NCBI GenBank assembly: GCA_965649765.1
Contig: OZ287749.1
Span: forward strand, 9,796,001-9,860,000
DNA from: Bispira polyomma
Taxonomy: Eukaryota
DNA length: 64,000 nt
Direction of reading: 5' to 3'
Under the pieces are notes generated by a model, which ran no database searches, was not told the DNA's origin, and saw only the letters and a list, made by a program, of their open reading frames with translations. Of this stretch, positions 57,290 through 64,000 are shown one piece after another; position 1 is the first letter of the stretch; each line of letters starts with the position of its first letter. The position numbers and the translations under genes were made by a program.

Positions 57290-58660
57290 ACACTCAGAGT
57301 ACTTGGAACTGTACTTAACTTGGAGTGCCTAAAGACCTGTACTTAACTTGGAGTACCTAAACTTGTACTTATCTTACAGTACTTAAACCTTCACTTAACT
57401 TAGAGTACTTAGACTTGTACTTAACTTGGGAGTACTTAGACCTGTACCTAATTTGAAGTACTTATATCTGTACTTAACTTAGAGTACTTAGACACATATA
57501 TATTATTGGAATATTTAGATCTTTACTGAACTTGGAGTACTTGTATATAGACAAGTATATGTATTTGGAATACTTAGACCTGTACATAACTCTAAGTACT
57601 ATAATATCAGTGTATATCAGGGCATTAAAACACTCAGGCTTCCGGGGTCTTCCCTTTTAGCCTAACTATTTAGCATGCAACTAGCTATTATAATCTAAAA
57701 ATTCACAAGATCTAGGGATCGTCAATCCCAGCAGAACCCAGTTTTTTCTGTTGTTCACAGTAGTTAGACATGTACTTAACTTGAAGTACCTGAACCTGTA
57801 CCCAATTTCAAGCACTTAGACTTGTACTTAACTTCAAGTATACTTAGATTTGTACTTGACTTAAAGTACTTAGATTTTCTGCTCGACTTAAAGTACTTAG
57901 ATTTGTACTTAGCTTAAAGTACTTCGTCCTGTACCTAACTTCAAGTACTCAGACCTGTACCTAACTTGGAGTACTTAGATATGTATTTAAGTTAGAGTAC
58001 TTAAATCTGTACTTAACTTATTATTAGTATTTAGACATATAAATATATTCTTAGAATACTTAGATCTGTACTGAACTTGGAGTAGCCTACTTATATATAG
58101 ACACGTATATTTATTCCAAATACTTAGACCTGTACTTAACTCAGTGTACTTATAGACATGTACTTAACTTAAAGTGGTGCAATATCAATGTATATCAGAG
58201 CATTAAAACACTCAGGATCCACAAGATCTAGGGATCGAGTCCCAGCAGAACCCAGTTTCTTTTTGTTGGTTACAGTACTTAGACTTGTACTTCACTTGAA
58301 GTACTTATACCTGTACTTAACTTTAAGTACTTAGACTTGTACTCAACTTAGAGTACTTATATGTGTACTTAACTTGAAGTACTTAGGCCTGTACTTAACT
58401 TGGAGTACGTAGACCTGTACCTAACTTGGAGTACTTAAAGTACTCAGACATGGACTTAATTTGAAGTACTTAAACCTGTACCTAACTTTAAGTACTTATA
58501 TACATTAACTTAACTTCAAGTACTTAGATTATTTGTACTTAACTTTAAGTACTCAGACTAGTACTTAACTTGGAGTACTAAGACTGGTACTTAACTTAAA
58601 GTACTCAAACCTGTACCTAACTTGGAGTACTCAGACCTGTATTTAAGTTAGAGATCTTTG
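57290..58660. repeat. ~26-bp minisatellite (ACTTAACTTGGAGTACTTAGACCTGT)n with a duplicated non-repeat insert
   Basis: Tandem units; insert ~57600-57770 recurs at ~58180-58280, implying a ~550-bp higher-order duplication. Confidence 0.9.
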
Positions 58661-59534
58661 ACCTGCACCTATTAGCCTTACATGTTGAGATGTTTTTAGT
58701 CACACAAATAATGATTGTCACATTTAAAAATTGATTTATATTCCATCTCAGAAGCCTGTATCAACCTAGGTAGGAAAATACTTTGGGATAATATTTTTCT
58801 TGACAAGAAATAAAGATACCGCTTTTCTGCTTTGTTTAGCTGTATTTCACATTGTGCTGAATTTTTCAGGCAAACATTTGGTTTTGTACTTATTTAAATA
58901 CACTTGTGATGTCTTACAATAGTTAAATGGCTATTAATTCATTGTAACAATGTCCACATAAATTAATGTTCTTATTAGGCATTGACCAGTGTCCATTTTA
59001 CAGATTCTGGCGTTACTTTGCTCATTATAGTTTACTTCTTCTAAAATTCTATTTCATTATAGAATAGAACTGTGGTTTTAATATGACAGAATTACACTCT
59101 GTACTAGTGGAGATAGTAACTGGAATAAAAACCTCAGTAACTTACACTGGACTTATCTAACCACATCAGTGGACATGGTGCAAACAAAATCTTGCTCTCT
59201 ACCTAGACAACAGATGTCCATCTATTGTCTGAAATGTGGTTTAAATTAAATATTACCAATAAATGTTCTATTCAAGGTTATATAAAGGTCAATAAAATGA
59301 CTTTTCAGCTAAAATTACACGGTTATCTATAAAGCTGCCTTTTCTTAGTGATTTTTAAAGCCCTTGGTTTAGTGAAGTCTCCAGATTAAAGACGGTTGTT
59401 TCCTTCCACTGCCCAAGGAGATCTGTCAGTAAAGTCCGCCTTATGTCATGTAATGTAGGAAGAGTATTATAAAGAACAGGAGTAAATGAAGTGAGAGCTG
59501 TCTTGTGTACACCGGGAGTCAATCACGCAAACCT

Positions 59535-59840
59535 TGGGGTGTGTATATATGTGTGTGTGTGTATGTGTGTCCCTGTCTGTGTGTATGTGTGTGTACACAG
59601 GAAGTCAGTCACACAAACCTTGGGGTGTGTGTGTCTGTGTAAGTCTGTGTGTATGCATGTGTGTGTGTGAGTCTGTGTGGATGTGTGCGAGAGTCTGTGT
59701 CTATGTGTGAGTTTGTCTGCATGTGTGTGTGTGAGTGAGTGTGTGTATGTCTCTCTGTGTGTATTTGTGTAAAAGTCTGTGTGTGTGAGAATGTCTGCAT
59801 GTGTGTGTTTGTCTGTGTGTATGTGAGTGTCTCTGTGCAA
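59535..59840. repeat. Imperfect (TG)n microsatellite
   Basis: Long TG-rich run. Confidence 0.9.
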
Positions 59841-59857
59841 ACAGAAAGTCAGTCAAA

Positions 59858-60068
59858 GGGGCCTCAATAGTGTACATAGTGGTAACACCCTTTCCTCTCA
59901 CCTCTGCATGCTGTCGTGGGTTTGAATCTCGCCCTGGTGTGTATCTGGGTGAGTTACCAGTAGATTTGCTAAAGGCTGGTGGTTTACCTAGGTGGTCCTC
60001 TACCATTAAACTGCCATGACACAAATGTGTGGAAAAGCAATATGTTAAACCCAAAAACTAAACTAAAC
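59858..60068 (+). mobile_element. tRNA-derived SINE
   Basis: GGGGCC start, GGGTTTGAATCTC B-box-like motif, core shared with the 37160 and ~46945-47165 (-) copies, A-rich (AAACT)n tail. Confidence 0.6.
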
Positions 60069-60264
60069 ATTAAGTCTTTGTAGCATGGCCAGCAGTAATT
60101 GAGCAAGGTTAAGAGACTAGAGAGTGAGGTTTGCTGTAGATAAACTGTGTATAAAAGGAGGAAGGAAAACTAGGTAGTTAAGAGTAGTTCTACGTACCAA
60201 GGCTGAGAATGTGGCAGGGGGGATTCCTGAATAATTCAGACCTCTGAGATTACACCTAATTAAG

Positions 60265-60670
60265 TGTGACATTGTCTCTCAGGGTTCTACATTAAAACTA
60301 ACAGTAAGGAGAGCTAGGGTGCATGTGTTTTAGTATTTACCAGTGCTAGGCATTGTGGTTATTACACATTGTCTCTCAGGGTTCTACATAAAACTAACAG
60401 TAAGGAGAGCTAGGGTGCATATATGATTTAGTAACTACCAATGCAAGGCATTGTGGGTACTAGTGGACCAAACGTTTACTGGGTGGATACCTGAGGTATG
60501 TAACATTGTGGGTATTAGTGGGTATTCACACGTTTACTGGTTGAATACCTGGGGTATGTAACATTGTGGGTATTAGTGGGTATTCACAGGTATACTGGTT
60601 GAATACCTGGGGTATGTAACATTGTGGGTAATAGTGGGTATTCACTGAATACCTAAGGTAGGTAACACAA
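60265..60670. repeat. Local tandem duplications (~98-bp and ~58-bp units)
   Basis: CATTGTCTCTCAGGGTTCTACA..GCTAGGGTGCAT twice; GAATACCTGGGGTATGTAACATTGTGGGTA three to four times. Confidence 0.8.
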
Positions 60671-61512
60671 CTCTATATGTACAAATATAACTGCAGTTTA
60701 ACCTCTTATAAGCCAAACCTTAAGCAAATAAGAAGAAATACCTCTACTTATACAGGATTGCCACTTATCAGGTAGACTGTAAAGATGAAGGTTTTTGTGG
60801 GACTATATAAATTTTTCTCAACATAAAAAGATAAATTGATTTACCAGAGTTCTACTTAAAAGGGTTTGATAGTATGTCTATATTTTGTGTACAAAAAATC
60901 CCCAAAGACCTTACCTTGTAAAAATCTGGCAGAAATTACAATGTTCACTCATCTCCGAGATTGTTTATTTTTTGTATAACCACATGTCACAGAAAACATT
61001 ACTCCATTGTTTATTGAAGTGAAACCAAAAAATCCAGTAATTAAAAACAAAAAAACACAACAACACAAAACTGCTTCCAAAGCTTAGATATATATCCTAA
61101 CTGTACTTCATTTACTACACACTCTTTTACAAGTTTGCCCATGAATACGTGAGAAATCCAATTCCAAAAATAACTGTGGTCTGCCATTAATTCTCACATA
61201 CAATATAATCCCTCCAAAACTGCTGGGAATCAATAGAAGAAACCTCCCAACTCAAACAGACACCAGCAAGTGTCATGTGAAGGCTTGTGTAAAACACGCA
61301 ACAATTTGTCATCTGAACAAACTGCCCCTGATCTTCCTCACTTCACGTCCTCTTTAATGTGTGACACGATTTTAATGCAAATTAATGACACCTTATTTCA
61401 CACTGACATAGCCCGGAGTGAGTGATTACAATAGTGTGATGATCTGGCTGTGCCATTTTGTGTTAGTACGTACACTGATCAAGCATAGAAACAGGTATAT
61501 AAGTACTTAGCA

Positions 61513-61697
61513 TAGTAGAACCTCTATTTTGTGGACATTTTTGGAGAGTGAGAATTTATTTGGATAATAGAAGGTCTGTAAAATAAAGTTGGCATTTTAG
61601 TATGAAACATAGCCGAAAATAAGTTTGGGAGAGTGAAATTGAGTCCGTAAAATCGAATATTAGGATAATAGAGGGTTGGATAATAGAGGCTCTACTG
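61513..61697. mobile_element. CAGTAGAACC-family MITE
   Basis: AGTAGAACCTCTATT ... AATAGAGGCTCTACTG-TA. Confidence 0.6.
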
Positions 61698-64000
61698 TAC
61701 TAACTATAACCCTATTACTAAATGACACATTATGTAACACTCACATAACACTGAGTGAGTGATTGGAACACCCATATGATGATCTGGCTGCATTTTAGTT
61801 ATTCTTATTTTTTAAATTTATTAGAGTGACATGTAACATATTATACAAATGAAAATACACGTACAACAGTTAATAGTTATAGTTATCCAGCCCTCTGGTG
61901 GTGGTCTTATAAGTCACTTTCAACATCATTTTACAATTAGTGTTGACCTATTGTTGAACTATTGTTCTATTGTTGGAGATTTTCTTATATTCCATATAGT
62001 TTTAACATATAATGCCAGCTGCTTTGGATTGATCAACATATAATGTACAAAAAATTCTCATGTACAGATAAACTATTGAAATTTTAAATACCAGGAGTAA
62101 AATTCTTTGCAAGTTTCTGAAGTTACATTCTTCATAAGATGCACAAGCACACAAGAAATGCATTTGATCTTCAATAATTAGTATGTTTACCACATACTTT
62201 ACAGTATCTATTTTTCAGTAGTACTGTACAGTATCGACTGGTTTCAATTGCCAAAGGTAAAATTCCAAATATATAGTAATGGGTCGGTCAAACCTCTCTG
62301 TTCAGCTGCTACAATAGTACTACTTTTTAAAACGTCACTTAAAGTGAGAATTTGTTACCATGTCGTTGCAAAAAATCTGAACTCGTTCTACTACGTTTAA
62401 AAAGTTACTACGGTTGTTTGAAATAATCGTGGCAGGGCTATCCATTTCTGTGTTCATCCCAAAACGTTTCACCAAAGTAGCATTAAATAGCAGTAAGTAG
62501 CTTTAAGTAACATTATGTAGCAGTAAGTAACATTAAGTAACAGTACGTAGCTGTACCTAGTAGTAGGTAGTAATAAAGTAGCTGTTTCTGTTATATTTTG
62601 ATCTGTGGCAGATTCGTTACACAAACGTCATGAAACCTAACAAAAACGTCACAAAAATGTATAATGAACATTGCGATACATACTGCATACATTAGGTAAC
62701 CTTTCCATTGCAGAATGTTTAAAATTTGTATTAACCTCGTTTCAAATTGTATGTTTAAACGTAACAAACTCCCAAAAAACGCGGGGGCTTAACGTGACCA
62801 AACACTGAAAAGGACATCGTACTGACTATATAACACACGTCTTTACTACGATAATGGATCACACATTCAACAGGTACCATAGACTTTACAGTACGATGGA
62901 CGTGTAGGTGTGACCGGCCCATAACTGAGCAATATAATTGATTGCTGAAACCGTGTCAGATTAGTACACTGAGCTTATAACCTGCTGGGGATTAAACATG
63001 TTAGTGGTATACACTGATTTTTGTATGAATATATACCATCACCAATTGGCGACAAATCTTTTACAGTGAGAGGTCAAACCTCATGGTAGACATATCTCTA
63101 TTAACTAGCATTTCTAGCAGATGATTTACAAGTTACCTAATGCATATCAGTATCTTGACTATTGGCAAACATATAGAGAAAATGGCATTGAATGTAGGAG
63201 TATAATAATTAAAATAAGTTAAAAAGTGCTGGGAAATTTGAATAATTACTTTTATTGTTACATGTCACTCTAATAAATGACTTGTCATTTATAATAAATA
63301 GCACAATTTTTTACATATTGTCAACTAGAAGAGTATTGAGTGCCACATTTACAGCTGGAGTTTGAAGGCCTGTTATAACCTACTACTACGCATTACTCCC
63401 CTTGACTCACACCATGCCAAAGTCCTTTAATATCCTTTGTTTTATTAAGGTATTGCGTTGCACAGAACATAAGCTGGCTAATGCTGCTAGAAGATGAAAA
63501 AGAACCAGTTCCCACAAAATAAAAGGCTGTCACGAAAATCAAGAGAATTACAGAAAAAAGGTGCCTCGCTGGCTCAGCAATCTGGAGTCATTCTGACGGG
63601 TTGTGGGAGACTCTCTGATAGAACTGAACTGCTTCAAAACCTCACATAAAAAAAAGATGGCACAAAAAATCCCAGATCTAGCCTAAAGTAAAGCTCAGGT
63701 TTGGAGTTATAGTAGTAGATGGTGATGGGGGTGGGGGGGGGGGGGGGGGGAGGTGGTTGTGTGCTTTGTAATCTTTTTATATTGAAAATCTTGTATAACT
63801 GCATGAGTTGTAATGATTTATGAGTCCTCTGCTGCCGGGATTAAGTTGAGGATTATGTGTACATATTGTATTCTGATGTTATGTAAAATAACAACTAACA
63901 CTGCAGATAAAATAGCTGAGACTTTGTAAACAAACAGCTGCCAGTATGTAAACAAATAGATGTCAGAATGTAAAAACAAATGTCAGTATTTAAACAAACG

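Noticed and set aside
59523-60054. His/Thr-rich ORFs
   Set aside because: Translations of a (TG)n microsatellite and the adjacent SINE
62002-62193. IEDQMHFLCACASY ORF resembling a LINE C-terminal zinc-knuckle region
   Set aside because: Too short and degenerate to call; at most a LINE relic

Overview
AT-rich metazoan genomic DNA (an invertebrate, perhaps a mollusc or other lophotrochozoan; taxon is a guess) with four spliceosomal protein-coding genes. These are an ABRA/STARS Costars-domain gene (+, 808-1335), mitochondrial ribosomal protein MRPS5/uS5m (-, 8 reconstructed exons, ~15831-6513), the ciliary nexin-dynein regulatory complex gene TCTE1/DRC5 (+, ATG split by an intron, 20405-26208) and a TMEM151-family gene (-, 2.25-kb exon 34359-32107 plus candidate first exons at ~50.2 and ~52.4 kb). 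The rest is introns and intergenic DNA filled with MITEs (Tc1/mariner-pogo, hAT, piggyBac, Kolobok and Harbinger-like), tRNA-derived SINEs, L2-LINE 3' ends and many minisatellites. Most unusual signal: exon ends plus their splice sites are repeatedly copied into the adjacent intron in three different genes. Several of these intronic 'shadow' copies differ from the real exon almost only at synonymous third codon positions (11 of 12 differences in the best case), which neutral decay does not predict. Also notable are the convergent TCTE1-TMEM151 pair (as in human 6p21) with RFX X-boxes, the split start codon of TCTE1, and a 1.5-kb telomere-like G-quadruplex minisatellite in an MRPS5 intron. All gene models were built by hand and need transcript confirmation.
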